A stretch of 64,000 nucleotides of DNA from assembly GCA_050015255.1 (NCBI GenBank), contig JBEKBT010000001.1, positions 11,710-75,709 of the forward strand, read 5' to 3'. Position 1 is the stretch's first letter. The number at the start of each line of letters is the position of its first letter. Below are positions 1-8,859 of the stretch, one piece after another. The DNA comes from Acidimicrobiales bacterium (GTDB taxonomy: Bacteria > Actinomycetota > Acidimicrobiia > Acidimicrobiales > Bog-793). A program made the position numbers and the translations under genes. Below the pieces are notes generated by a model that searched no databases, was not told the DNA's origin, and saw only the letters and a list, made by a program, of their open reading frames with translations.

Positions 1-10
1 TCACGGGCCA

Positions 11-25
11 AAGACCTGAGGTCTT
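11..25. promoter_or_regulatory. Perfect 15-bp palindrome (AAGACCT-G-AGGTCTT), candidate operator upstream of the sugar operon
   Basis: 7-bp inverted repeat with a 1-nt centre, 250 bp upstream of the first CDS; function inferred. Confidence 0.3.
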
Positions 26-274
26 GAGTCCCTGACCGGTCGTCCCATTTTCTCGAAGTCTTACGGAAGGATAGGTGAACGGCTTTTCTAGGAGGAGCCG
101 CGTGGCACCGCTCCCCGCAGCGAGGCAGGCCATAGCGAGCTGACTGGGACGCGCTCTGGCTCGCCCCTTGGTGGCAAGGGTTGAGGTGGATGAGGGAAGG
201 CCGGACAGCACTGTGACGGGCAGGCGAACCTGGCACAGGCCCAAATCGGGCCACCCTCACAGAGGGAGGTACAT

Positions 275-2545
275 GTGCGCCAGGTCGTGACTATCGGAGA
301 GATCCTGGTGGAGATCATGGCGGAGGAGCACGGCCGTGGTTTTCGCGAGCCTGTGCACCTAGTGGGACCGTTCCCGAGCGGAGCGCCTGCGATTTTCATC
401 GACCAGGTGGCCAAACTCGGACAACCTTGCGGCATCATCAGCTGCGTCGGGGACGACGACTTCGGTTGGCTCAACCTGGAGCGCCTCGAGCACGACGGCG
501 TCGACGTGAGAGGGGTCGAGGTACTTTCGGAACACGTGACAGGTAGTGCCTTTGTCCGCTATCGGGAGAGCGGAGATCGCGACTTCGTGTACAACATCAA
601 GAACAGCGCGTGCGGTCAGCTGCGCTGGACAGACACCACCTCGGAACTGCTCTCGGAGTGCGGCCACCTTCATGTATCTGGCGCGTCACTTTCCTCCCCG
701 CAGATGGTCGAGATGATAACGAAGGCGGTCGCGCTGGTGAAGAGCAATGGTGGCTCGATCTCCTTCGACCCGAACATCCGCAAGGAGGTGACGCGAGACC
801 GGGCAGTGCGCGCAACTCTCGGCGCCATGTTGGCCTCCTGCGACCTTTTCCTACCGAGCGGCGAGGAGTTGACGTTGCTGACGGCGGCCACGACGCCGGA
901 GGCGGCGATCGCCGAGATCCTGGGCCTAGGGGTGAGCGCCATCGTTGTGAAGAACGGAGCGGAGGGGTCGACCTACTACGACGCCGACGGCAGCCGGAAC
1001 GCGCCGGGATATCGCGTGGAGGAGCTGGACCCGACCGGTGCCGGGGACTGCTTCGGGGCCGCGTTCATCACCTGCCGGTTGCAAGGTCGCAGTGTGGAAG
1101 AGAGCCTCGACTACGCCAACGCTGCGGGTGCGCGGGTGGTGGGGATCAGGGGCCCGATGGAGGGCACCTCGACCTTCGCCCAGCTCGACGCCTTGAGGTC
1201 GAGCGCCCGGGCGGGCCAGGGCACACGCCTGCAGGCCCTGGTCTCGCGGGGTCCCAACCTCGACGCCAGCGGGCCGAGCGGGATCACCTCGGTCTGCTCC
1301 GCGCATCCGATGGTGGTCGAGGCGGCCATGCGCAGGGCCGCCTCGGACGGGAGGCCGGTACTCATAGAGGCGACCTGCAACCAGGTCAACCACGAAGGGG
1401 GCTACACGGGTCTGACCCCGGCCGGATTCCGTGACGAGGTGCACCGCATCGCCGATCAGGTCGGCTTTGCGCGCCAGCAGATAGTTCTCGGTGGCGATCA
1501 TCTCGGCCCGAACCCTTGGCGGCACCTGCCCTCCGAGGCGGCGCTGGCCCGAGCCGAGGAGATGGTGGCCGCCTATGTCGCCGCCGGCTACGAGAAGATC
1601 CACCTCGACACGTCCATGGGCTGTCAAGGCGAGCCCGACCACCTGCCGGACCCGGTCACGGCCGAGCGGGCCGCCCGCCTCGCCACGGTGGCCGAAGCCG
1701 TGGCGGCCGAGACCGGCACGTCACCTCGCTATGTCATCGGCACAGAGGTCCCGGTCCCCGGCGGAGCCGCGGCGGAGATCGAGCATCTCGAGGTGACTCG
1801 ACCAGAAGCTGTCGCCGCCACGTTCGAGGCACACCGGCGAGCCTTCGCCAAAGCCGGCGTCGGCGGTGCCTTCGAGAGAGTGCTCGCCCTCGTCGTGCAG
1901 CCAGGAGTCGAGTTCGATGACAGCAAGGTCGTCGTCTACCGGCCAGAGCGCGCCGTCGAGCTCAGTGCCGCTCTCGGAGCGATGCCGGGGCTCGTGTTCG
2001 AGGCGCACTCCACGGATTACCAACCCGTGGAGAGCCTCGCCAGGTTGGTGAGCGACGGCTTTGCGATCTTGAAGGTCGGGCCTGCTCTCACTTTTGCCTT
2101 GCGGGAGGCTCTCTACGGGCTCGACCAGATCGCGGCGGCGTTGCACCCCGACTGGTGCGAGCACTCGTTGATGGCAGTGATGGAGACCGAGATGCTCGCC
2201 AACCCCGGGTACTGGCAGTCGCACTATCGAGGCGGAGCGGACCGCCAGCGCCTGCTGCGCCACTTCAGCTACAGCGACCGCATCCGCTACTACTGGGCCT
2301 CTCCGGCCTCACAAGAAGCGGTGCAGAGGCTCTTCGATACCTTGAGCAAGGCCGACATTCCCGAGCCGCTCATCAGCCAGTTCTTGCCCAGGCTCTATGA
2401 GCGCGTAGCTACCGGGGCGGTCGAGCCCGCCCCGAGGATGCTGGCGCTCGAAGCCGTCGGCGACGTGCTCAGCGACTACGCGCTGGCCTGCCGTGCGACG
2501 AGGTCCGGCCGGCCGGCGGCGGGCACGGGAGACGGCGCGCCATGA
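275..2545 (+). CDS. Fusion of PfkB-family sugar (tagatose-like) kinase and GatZ/KbaZ-family (tagatose-6-phosphate 4-epimerase-like) domain
   Basis: N-half: GPFPSGAPAIFIDQ, SFDPNIR, DPTGAGDCFG (PfkB). C-half: SVCSAHP, IEATCNQVN, LGGDHLGPN, KIHLDTS, GTEVPVPGG, VVQPGVEF, FEAHSTDYQ, YSDRIRYYW (GatZ/KbaZ). SD GGAGG before GTG 275. Confidence 0.88.
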   Translation: MRQVVTIGEILVEIMAEEHGRGFREPVHLVGPFPSGAPAIFIDQVAKLGQPCGIISCVGDDDFGWLNLERLEHDGVDVRGVEVLSEHVTGSAFVRYRESGDRDFVYNIKNSACGQLRWTDTTSELLSECGHLHVSGASLSSPQMVEMITKAVALVKSNGGSISFDPNIRKEVTRDRAVRATLGAMLASCDLFLPSGEELTLLTAATTPEAAIAEILGLGVSAIVVKNGAEGSTYYDADGSRNAPGYRVEELDPTGAGDCFGAAFITCRLQGRSVEESLDYANAAGARVVGIRGPMEGTSTFAQLDALRSSARAGQGTRLQALVSRGPNLDASGPSGITSVCSAHPMVVEAAMRRAASDGRPVLIEATCNQVNHEGGYTGLTPAGFRDEVHRIADQVGFARQQIVLGGDHLGPNPWRHLPSEAALARAEEMVAAYVAAGYEKIHLDTSMGCQGEPDHLPDPVTAERAARLATVAEAVAAETGTSPRYVIGTEVPVPGGAAAEIEHLEVTRPEAVAATFEAHRRAFAKAGVGGAFERVLALVVQPGVEFDDSKVVVYRPERAVELSAALGAMPGLVFEAHSTDYQPVESLARLVSDGFAILKVGPALTFALREALYGLDQIAAALHPDWCEHSLMAVMETEMLANPGYWQSHYRGGADRQRLLRHFSYSDRIRYYWASPASQEAVQRLFDTLSKADIPEPLISQFLPRLYERVATGAVEPAPRMLALEAVGDVLSDYALACRATRSGRPAAGTGDGAP

Positions 2546-2618
2546 CCACTGCCGGCCGCGCCCTGGTCCCCGGGCGCGAAGCCTCGGGCGGGACAAGTCG
2601 AGAGAAATAGGAGGTGCC

Positions 2619-3665
2619 ATGACCACACAAGAGACACGGCGACGCGTAATTGTCAGTTCCCCCGACGTGGTCGAGCTGACCACCGAGGGTGTACCGCAAC
2701 TTGGTCCCGGTGAAGCGCTGATCGAGATGTCGGTGTCCGGGGTGTGCGGTTCGGACAAGGCCGGCGTCCACGGTGAGCACGCTTTCCTCAAGCCCCCCTA
2801 CTACCCCGGTCATGAGGTGGTCGGCGTGGTGGTCGGCGTCGCCGACGACGTGGGCAATGTCGGACCCGGCGACCGGGTCACGATCGAGCCGACCCTGCCC
2901 TGCGGGCACTGCAAGCCTTGTCGGAACAACGCCGAGAACCTCTGCGAGAACCTCGAGTTCTTCGGTTGCGGGTACCGCGAAGGCGGGATGGCCGACGTGT
3001 TTTCGGCACCGGCTGCCCGCCTGCACAAGGTTCCCGAGGGTTTCAGCGACTACCAGGCGGCGCTCATCGAGCCCTTGGCCACCCCGGTGCACGCCGTGCG
3101 GCTGGCCGGGGACCTGAGCGGCAGGAAGGTGGCCATCTTGGGCTCGGGCACGATCGGGCTCTTGGCGCTGACCGCCGCCCGCCGGGCGGGGGCGGACAAG
3201 ATCGTGAGCACCGACACCCTGGCCTCCAAGCGCGAGCTGGCTCTGGCGCTCGGGGCCGACACCGTCGTCGACGCCGCAGTCGACGACCTTGCCGGGGTGG
3301 TCCGAGGCGAGCTGGGGGAAAGCGCCGACGTCGTCTTCGACTGCGTGGCCAACGAGGCCACTGTCGGACAAGCCATAAAGATGGCCGTCAAAGGGGGCAC
3401 CGTCGTGGTGCTGGGAGGGCCGCGCAAGTTCGCCTCCGTCGACCTTCCCGTGATCCAGGAGTACCAGGTGCGCATCCAGGGAGCGGCCACCTACCGCTGG
3501 GAGGACTTCGACGACGCCATCGGAATCATCGGCAGTGACACCTTCGACGCCAACAGGTTCATCACAACCACCTTCCCCCTCCCCAGAGCAGCGGAGGCGT
3601 TCGCCGCCATCTCGGCCGGAGGCGAGGTCAAGATCCTTGTCGTAGCCGACCCAACTGGCCGCTGA
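2619..3665 (+). CDS. Zn-dependent medium-chain (polyol/sorbitol-type) dehydrogenase
   Basis: CGSD, GHE, structural Zn motif CGHCKPC...C, GSGTIG; AGGAGG SD at 2609-2614 fixes ATG 2619. Confidence 0.88.
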   Translation: MTTQETRRRVIVSSPDVVELTTEGVPQLGPGEALIEMSVSGVCGSDKAGVHGEHAFLKPPYYPGHEVVGVVVGVADDVGNVGPGDRVTIEPTLPCGHCKPCRNNAENLCENLEFFGCGYREGGMADVFSAPAARLHKVPEGFSDYQAALIEPLATPVHAVRLAGDLSGRKVAILGSGTIGLLALTAARRAGADKIVSTDTLASKRELALALGADTVVDAAVDDLAGVVRGELGESADVVFDCVANEATVGQAIKMAVKGGTVVVLGGPRKFASVDLPVIQEYQVRIQGAATYRWEDFDDAIGIIGSDTFDANRFITTTFPLPRAAEAFAAISAGGEVKILVVADPTGR

Positions 3666-3819
3666 TGCCGGCCGGCACCGCCGTGGTGGCCTGAGGTTTC
3701 CCTGCCTTCGGGCAGGAGGGATGTGCGCCCGAGCGGAAAGGCCGGCTCCCGGTCTGGCCGGGTGGCCGTCGTAGAGTTCAGGTCGTCAGAGGTCAAGTCA
3801 CTCGAGAGGAATCTGGTCG

Positions 3820-5334
3820 ATGGCACCGCCCACGTCACAGGTTGCAGCCGAAGGCGCAACCGGCCCTGAGGTGGCACGCGTCGTCGCCATCGATCTGGGT
3901 GCCTCGAGCGGGCGCGTGTTCGTCGCCGAGGTCGGCGAGGAATGCTTCGAATTCGCTCAGGTGCACCGGTTCTGGAATGGGGACATCAGGGTCGGGGGCC
4001 ATATCCACTGGGACGTGCTGGGCCTTTACCGTGGGATCCTCGACGGCATCCGCACCGCGGGTCGGACGGGACGCCTGGACTCGGTCGGGATCGACTCTTG
4101 GGGTGTCGACTACGGCCTGCTCGACGCCGACGGGAGGCTGCTCGGCGAGATCTTCCACTACCGTGACGACCGGACCCGGGGCGTCATCGACCCGGTTGTG
4201 AAAAGCGTCGGAGCCCTCGAGCTCTATCGCCGGTCGGGCATCGCCATCGTGCCCTTCAACACCATCTTCCAACTCGTGGCTGCTCGCGACAACGCCCAGT
4301 TCGCTCTGGCTCGGACCATGCTCCTCACGCCGGACCTGCTCGGGTACTGGCTCACGGGGTCTCTCGGCGCCGAGGAGACGATCGCGTCGACGACCCAGTT
4401 GCTCAGCATCGACGGATCCGGGTGGGACCACGAGCTGATGGCCAAGGTCGGCATCCCGCCCGGCCTGTTCCCACCGATCCGCCGGCCCGGAGCACAGCTC
4501 GGCCCGCTCCTGGCGGAGGTGCTCGCGGAGACCGGCTTGGACTACCGGGTCCCTTTCACAGCTGTCGGCTCGCATGACACCGCATCGGCGGTGGCGGCCG
4601 TCCCGGCCGTCGATTCGAACTTCGCCTTCATCTCCTCGGGCACGTGGTCTCTCGTCGGCGTCGAGCTGGACCGGCCGGTGCTGAGCGAGGAGAGTCGCGC
4701 CGCGGGGTTCACGAACGAACGGGGCGTGGACGGCTCGTTGCTCTACCACCGCAACGTGATGGGGCTCTGGCTGCTGCAAGAGTCGGTGCGGACCTGGGAG
4801 CGTCTCGGCAAGAGCTATTCCCTCGAGGAACTGGTCGCCTGGGCCGCCGCCGAAGCACTCCTTCGCATCGTCTTCGATCCCGATGACCCGGTGTTTTTCC
4901 CGCCCGGCGATGTTCCCGCCCGGATCGCGCAGGTGTGTCACGACCTTCGACAGCCGGCTGCCGAGACACCGGCACAGGTAACTCGCGCCATCCTCGACAG
5001 CCTTGCCCTCGCCTACCGCCGAACGCTTCGCCTGGCTTCGCAGCTTTCGGGCAAACGCGTCGACACCATCCATGTCGTCGGCGGCGGGGTGCACAACACT
5101 CTGCTCTGCCAGCTCACCTCCGACGCGTGCGGGCTGCCGGTAGTGGCGGGGCCGGTCGAGGCCGCAGCGATCGGGAACGCTCTGGTACAGGCCCAGGCCC
5201 TCGGCACCTTGGGGAGCGGCCGGTGGGCCGCCCGGGCGATCGTGGCCACTCGGACTGATCTGCGTGTCTACCGGCCGTCGGAGACTGAGGCCCAAAGGTG
5301 GGCCGAGGCGGAGGACCGCCTCGGCGGTACTTGA
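3820..5334 (+). CDS. rhaB: Rhamnulokinase/fuculokinase (FGGY family)
   Basis: AIDLGASSGRV, GIDSWGVDY, HYRDDRT, VGSHDTASAV, ISSGTWSLVG, GFTNERG, IHVVGGG, LCQLT; start may be GTG 3871. Confidence 0.85.
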   Translation: MAPPTSQVAAEGATGPEVARVVAIDLGASSGRVFVAEVGEECFEFAQVHRFWNGDIRVGGHIHWDVLGLYRGILDGIRTAGRTGRLDSVGIDSWGVDYGLLDADGRLLGEIFHYRDDRTRGVIDPVVKSVGALELYRRSGIAIVPFNTIFQLVAARDNAQFALARTMLLTPDLLGYWLTGSLGAEETIASTTQLLSIDGSGWDHELMAKVGIPPGLFPPIRRPGAQLGPLLAEVLAETGLDYRVPFTAVGSHDTASAVAAVPAVDSNFAFISSGTWSLVGVELDRPVLSEESRAAGFTNERGVDGSLLYHRNVMGLWLLQESVRTWERLGKSYSLEELVAWAAAEALLRIVFDPDDPVFFPPGDVPARIAQVCHDLRQPAAETPAQVTRAILDSLALAYRRTLRLASQLSGKRVDTIHVVGGGVHNTLLCQLTSDACGLPVVAGPVEAAAIGNALVQAQALGTLGSGRWAARAIVATRTDLRVYRPSETEAQRWAEAEDRLGGT

Positions 5335-5368
5335 GAAACTTATGACAAGCTCGAGAGAGGAGCTGTGA

Positions 5369-5821
5369 ATGCTGAAGAACATTGACCCGCTGCTGAGCCC
5401 GGAGCTGCTGTTCGTGCTGGCGGCGATGGGCCATGGCGACGAGATCGCGGTCGTGGACGCCAACTTCCCCGCCGACAGCGTGGCTCATGGCACCTGCCAT
5501 GGCCGGGTCGTGTCCCTCGCCGGCGCCTCGATGCCGGAGGCGGTGGTGGCGATCCTTTCTGTGCTGCCTCTCGACGAGTTCGTCGACGCGCCGGTGCGCA
5601 GGATGGCCGTCGGGGACGCGACCGACGAGCTGGCCGAGGTTCAGCAGGAGGTTCAGGCGCTCATCGACCGCGAGGCCGGCCGTCACTGGCCGATGGGCGT
5701 GCTCGAGCGTTTCGCCTTCTACGAGGCCGCCCGCGGCTCGTACGCCGTGGTGCTCACCGGAGAGCGCCGCTATTTCGGTAACGTGCTGATCAAGAAGGGA
5801 GCCCTCCCGCCGGAAGGCTAG
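5369..5821 (+). CDS. fucU: RbsD/FucU family sugar mutarotase
   Basis: MLKNIDPLLSPELL..LAAMGHGDEI..VDANFP; ERFAFYEAA; TGERRYFGN..KKG; SD GAGGAG. Confidence 0.9.
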   Translation: MLKNIDPLLSPELLFVLAAMGHGDEIAVVDANFPADSVAHGTCHGRVVSLAGASMPEAVVAILSVLPLDEFVDAPVRRMAVGDATDELAEVQQEVQALIDREAGRHWPMGVLERFAFYEAARGSYAVVLTGERRYFGNVLIKKGALPPEG

Positions 5822-5865
5822 GCAGAGGTCTCGGGAGGCCGGTTCAAGGAGGCAAGCACTCCGCA

Positions 5866-6828
5866 GTGGCTCAATACGCGGGCATCGAGCTGGGTGGCAC
5901 CAAGTGCGTCTGCGCGATCGGCGACGGTTCGGACGAGGCTTGGACCGCCACGGTCATCCCGACGTCCGATCCGGAGGCGACGACCAAGGCGGCCGTCGAC
6001 TGGTTCCGCTGGGCGCAGACGGATAGTGGTTCGCTGCTTTCCCTGGGGATTGCGAGCTTCGGCCCGCTCGATGTCGAGGCGGGCCTGATAACCCGGGGAA
6101 CGCCTAAGGCCGCCTGGCGGGGCTGGCCGGTTCGGGCGAGGTTCGAAGAGGCGCTCGGTGTGGCCGTGCAGATGGACACCGACGTCAACGCAGCCGCCCG
6201 GGCCGAGTCGGCCTGGGGCGCGGCCCAGGGATGTTCCGACATGGTCTATGTCACGATCGGCACCGGGATCGGTGTGGGGGCGATAGCCAACGGGGCAGTC
6301 GTGCATGGGCGTTCGCACCCCGAGATGGGGCACATGCGGATCCCCCAGCACCCGGCCGATCGCCAACCCGGTGCCCCCGGACAGATGTGGGCCGGGAACT
6401 GCTTCAGCCACGGCAATTGCTGGGAGGGTCTGGCGTCAGGCCCGGCGAGGACGAAGAGATCCGAGCTCTGGGCGCAGGCCCACAGCGAGCCCCCCGACGC
6501 CCTCTTGCTCGAAAGCGAGTACGTCGCCCTTGGCCTGGTGAATCTCATCTCGGCCTATCGTCCCGAGCGTGTCGTTCTCGCCGGAGGGGTCATGCACGAC
6601 GCGGCGCTGCTGCCGAGGGTTCGCCTGAGGACGGCGGAGCTCCTCGACGAGCGGTACTTTCCGGAAGCCGGCCGGATCGACGAGCTTGTGGTGCCGCCGG
6701 GTCTGGGCGACGCCGCCGGTGTCACGGGCGCCATCTTGCTGGCGGCGCAGCTGAGACCAGGGCACCTGCAACACCGCTCGGTCGAACGACTCGCTGGTGC
6801 GATAAGGGCCGGCCTGAGCGGCCTCTAG
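5866..6828 (+). CDS. ROK-family sugar kinase (fructokinase-like)
   Basis: GIELGGTK, GIASFGPLD, DTDVNAAA, TIGTGIGVG, HPEMGH, CFSHGNCWEGLASG; SD AAGGAGG. Confidence 0.85.
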   Translation: MAQYAGIELGGTKCVCAIGDGSDEAWTATVIPTSDPEATTKAAVDWFRWAQTDSGSLLSLGIASFGPLDVEAGLITRGTPKAAWRGWPVRARFEEALGVAVQMDTDVNAAARAESAWGAAQGCSDMVYVTIGTGIGVGAIANGAVVHGRSHPEMGHMRIPQHPADRQPGAPGQMWAGNCFSHGNCWEGLASGPARTKRSELWAQAHSEPPDALLLESEYVALGLVNLISAYRPERVVLAGGVMHDAALLPRVRLRTAELLDERYFPEAGRIDELVVPPGLGDAAGVTGAILLAAQLRPGHLQHRSVERLAGAIRAGLSGL

Positions 6829-6862
6829 CAGGCCGCGGTGGGCAGGACCTGCCCGGGGACAC

Positions 6863-8074
6863 TCATGACGACATCGATGCCAGGGCAGAGAACAAGGCCA
6901 GCTGCCTGTCGTTCGCCAGGCCGAAGTGGTAGAGGTGGAGCTCGTCGGGTCCCGCTGCTAGGAGCCGGCCTGCGTGGGCGCTGAACTCGGCGGGCTCGAC
7001 AGGCCCGAGCAGGTTCACGTAGGCCGCCACCTTTACCCCCGCCGGCACCGAGCGCCGGGCGGCGGCTATCACCTCGCCGCTGCGGGCAGAGGTCGGATCG
7101 ACAGGAACCAGCACCGCCTCAGCCCGTTGCGCCGAGGTGGGCGTCAAGCCGGGTGAGGCGCCGGTGGCCCAAGGGTCGCCCTGGGCGTGGAGGCTGATCC
7201 GCGGGCGAACCCCGCTGTCGTGCAGCTCGCCGTGCACCTGTTCCAAGAGGGCGTCGGCATGGCGCTGCCGGCAGGCCAGGAGCTGTGCGGCCAGCGGCGC
7301 CCCCAGGCAATCTTCCGGCGTGGCACCGGCGCCCGCCTCGTGCTGGGCAATCTCGGACGCCTCCCGCAGCGCCTGCACCGTGGCGCCAGGGTCGAGGCCT
7401 TGGACGCTCCAGGCGCGCCGGCAGGCGTCGCAGCAACATATCGAGAGGATCTGGCTTGCCAGCGGCGTGTAGGCGCCGGCCGACTTTTCGTGGTGGCCAC
7501 CGTGCTCGGCGCCCAGCTGGCCGCAGGCCTCGAGGGAGATCCCCTCCAGCGCAAGCCCGCGCACCGCTTCGGCGCTCAGGAGAGCGGCGTACTCGCGCAC
7601 CTCTTCGTTGGCGGGGCAAAGGGCCCACTCGTAGCTGTCGCCGAAACAGTTGCGCACGACGAGGTCGCGCTGACGCCGGCCGAGGGCGCTGTTGTGGGTC
7701 AGCACCACCCACGCGCTCACCCGCAGTCCCGCGGCCTCGAGAACCCGGACCGCTTGCGCGAAGGAATCCTCGGAGCCCGCCCAGGGCGCGCCGAGCGGGC
7801 AGAGCCGCCGTCCCGCCCACACGTCCTGGCGGACCGGTCGGTACAGCGCGGCAGTCTCGGCGAGGACGAAGCGGTGCCGGGGATGCCGGGGCGTCGCCGC
7901 CCGCACGCTGTGGGAGGCGGCGGCGACGACCACGTGCCGAAAGCCGGCGGAGACGAGGCGCGAGGCGGCGTCGGGGTCACCGACTACATCCCACGGGTAC
8001 AGGTACGTGCTGACTCGCGGCGGGGCGCCGGCTGGGCCGGGCTCAGGTCCTCCTGGACTGTCTCCGCTTCCCAT
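6863..8074 (-). CDS. Conserved-type actinobacterial hypothetical protein, possibly a glycoside-hydrolase-like TIM barrel
   Basis: YLYPWDV, HSVRAATPRHP, SAWVVLTHN, ALCPAN, LEACG, CCCDAC, ELHLYHFGL; SD GGAGAGG before ATG 8074; divergent from GntR. Confidence 0.7.
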   Translation of the reverse strand: MGSGDSPGGPEPGPAGAPPRVSTYLYPWDVVGDPDAASRLVSAGFRHVVVAAASHSVRAATPRHPRHRFVLAETAALYRPVRQDVWAGRRLCPLGAPWAGSEDSFAQAVRVLEAAGLRVSAWVVLTHNSALGRRQRDLVVRNCFGDSYEWALCPANEEVREYAALLSAEAVRGLALEGISLEACGQLGAEHGGHHEKSAGAYTPLASQILSICCCDACRRAWSVQGLDPGATVQALREASEIAQHEAGAGATPEDCLGAPLAAQLLACRQRHADALLEQVHGELHDSGVRPRISLHAQGDPWATGASPGLTPTSAQRAEAVLVPVDPTSARSGEVIAAARRSVPAGVKVAAYVNLLGPVEPAEFSAHAGRLLAAGPDELHLYHFGLANDRQLALFSALASMSS

Positions 8075-8116
8075 AACACCTCTCCCGGAGCAGGATGAAA
8101 GTACAGAGTACATTAT

Positions 8117-8132
8117 GTGTTGTGTACGACAC
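8117..8132. promoter_or_regulatory. Imperfect palindrome GTGTTGTGTACGACAC, candidate GntR operator
   Basis: AT-richer divergent intergenic region; TGT..ACA-type dyad as expected for GntR/FadR sites. Confidence 0.4.
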
Positions 8133-8133
8133 G

Positions 8134-8805
8134 ATGGTGCAGGCTCGGCCCGAGGCGAACATGCAGTCCCGCTTCTCATCTCGGGGAGACCTGATCGCCA
8201 ACGAGATCAAAAGGGCGATCCTCTCGGGTCGCTACAGGGCCGGCTCGGCGCTCACCGAGAAGGCGATCGCCGAGGAGCTGGGCACGTCGAAGACACCTGT
8301 CCGCGACGCCCTCAAGGCCCTGAGCGGGACGGGACTCGTGACCTCGAGCAGCCACCGGGGCACTTCGGTCAGGGCCGTCGACGCGCCCATGGCCCTGGCT
8401 GTCTGCGACCTCCGGCTGCTGCTCGAGCCTGAAGCGGTGCGGCGGACGATCCTGCGCGGGCTTGACAGGGCGGCCTTCGGTGCCGTCTTCGAGCGCATGG
8501 TCGCCGCCGAGGACGGCGTGGAGCTGTACGAACGGAGCTTGGCGAACCGTGCCTTTCACCGCCAGCTCTACGCCGGCTGCGGCAACCCGACGCTCGTGCA
8601 GGTGCTCGACGACCTGACCGACGTCAACGCGCTGATCAGCGTCACCGTGTGGGCGCAAGTCGGCAGCTGGAGCGGCGAGGCGGCCGAGCACCGCAGGATG
8701 GCCAAGGACGCACTGGCCGGACGGGCAGAGGCGGCCGCCGGCCGCCTGCGCCGGCACATCGAGGTGTTCCAGCAGCGCGTCGTCGAAGCCCTGGGCACGC
8801 CCTGA
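8134..8805 (+). CDS. GntR-family (FCD) transcriptional regulator
   Basis: wHTH: LTEKAIAEELGTSKTPVRDAL; FCD: NRAFHRQL..CGNP.L, AAEH; start at 8134 or 8161. Confidence 0.88.
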   Translation: MVQARPEANMQSRFSSRGDLIANEIKRAILSGRYRAGSALTEKAIAEELGTSKTPVRDALKALSGTGLVTSSSHRGTSVRAVDAPMALAVCDLRLLLEPEAVRRTILRGLDRAAFGAVFERMVAAEDGVELYERSLANRAFHRQLYAGCGNPTLVQVLDDLTDVNALISVTVWAQVGSWSGEAAEHRRMAKDALAGRAEAAAGRLRRHIEVFQQRVVEALGTP

Positions 8806-8859
8806 GGTGACGACTGTGCACGTGCTGAACGACGGACACGACGAGAAACGGGAGCGGCG

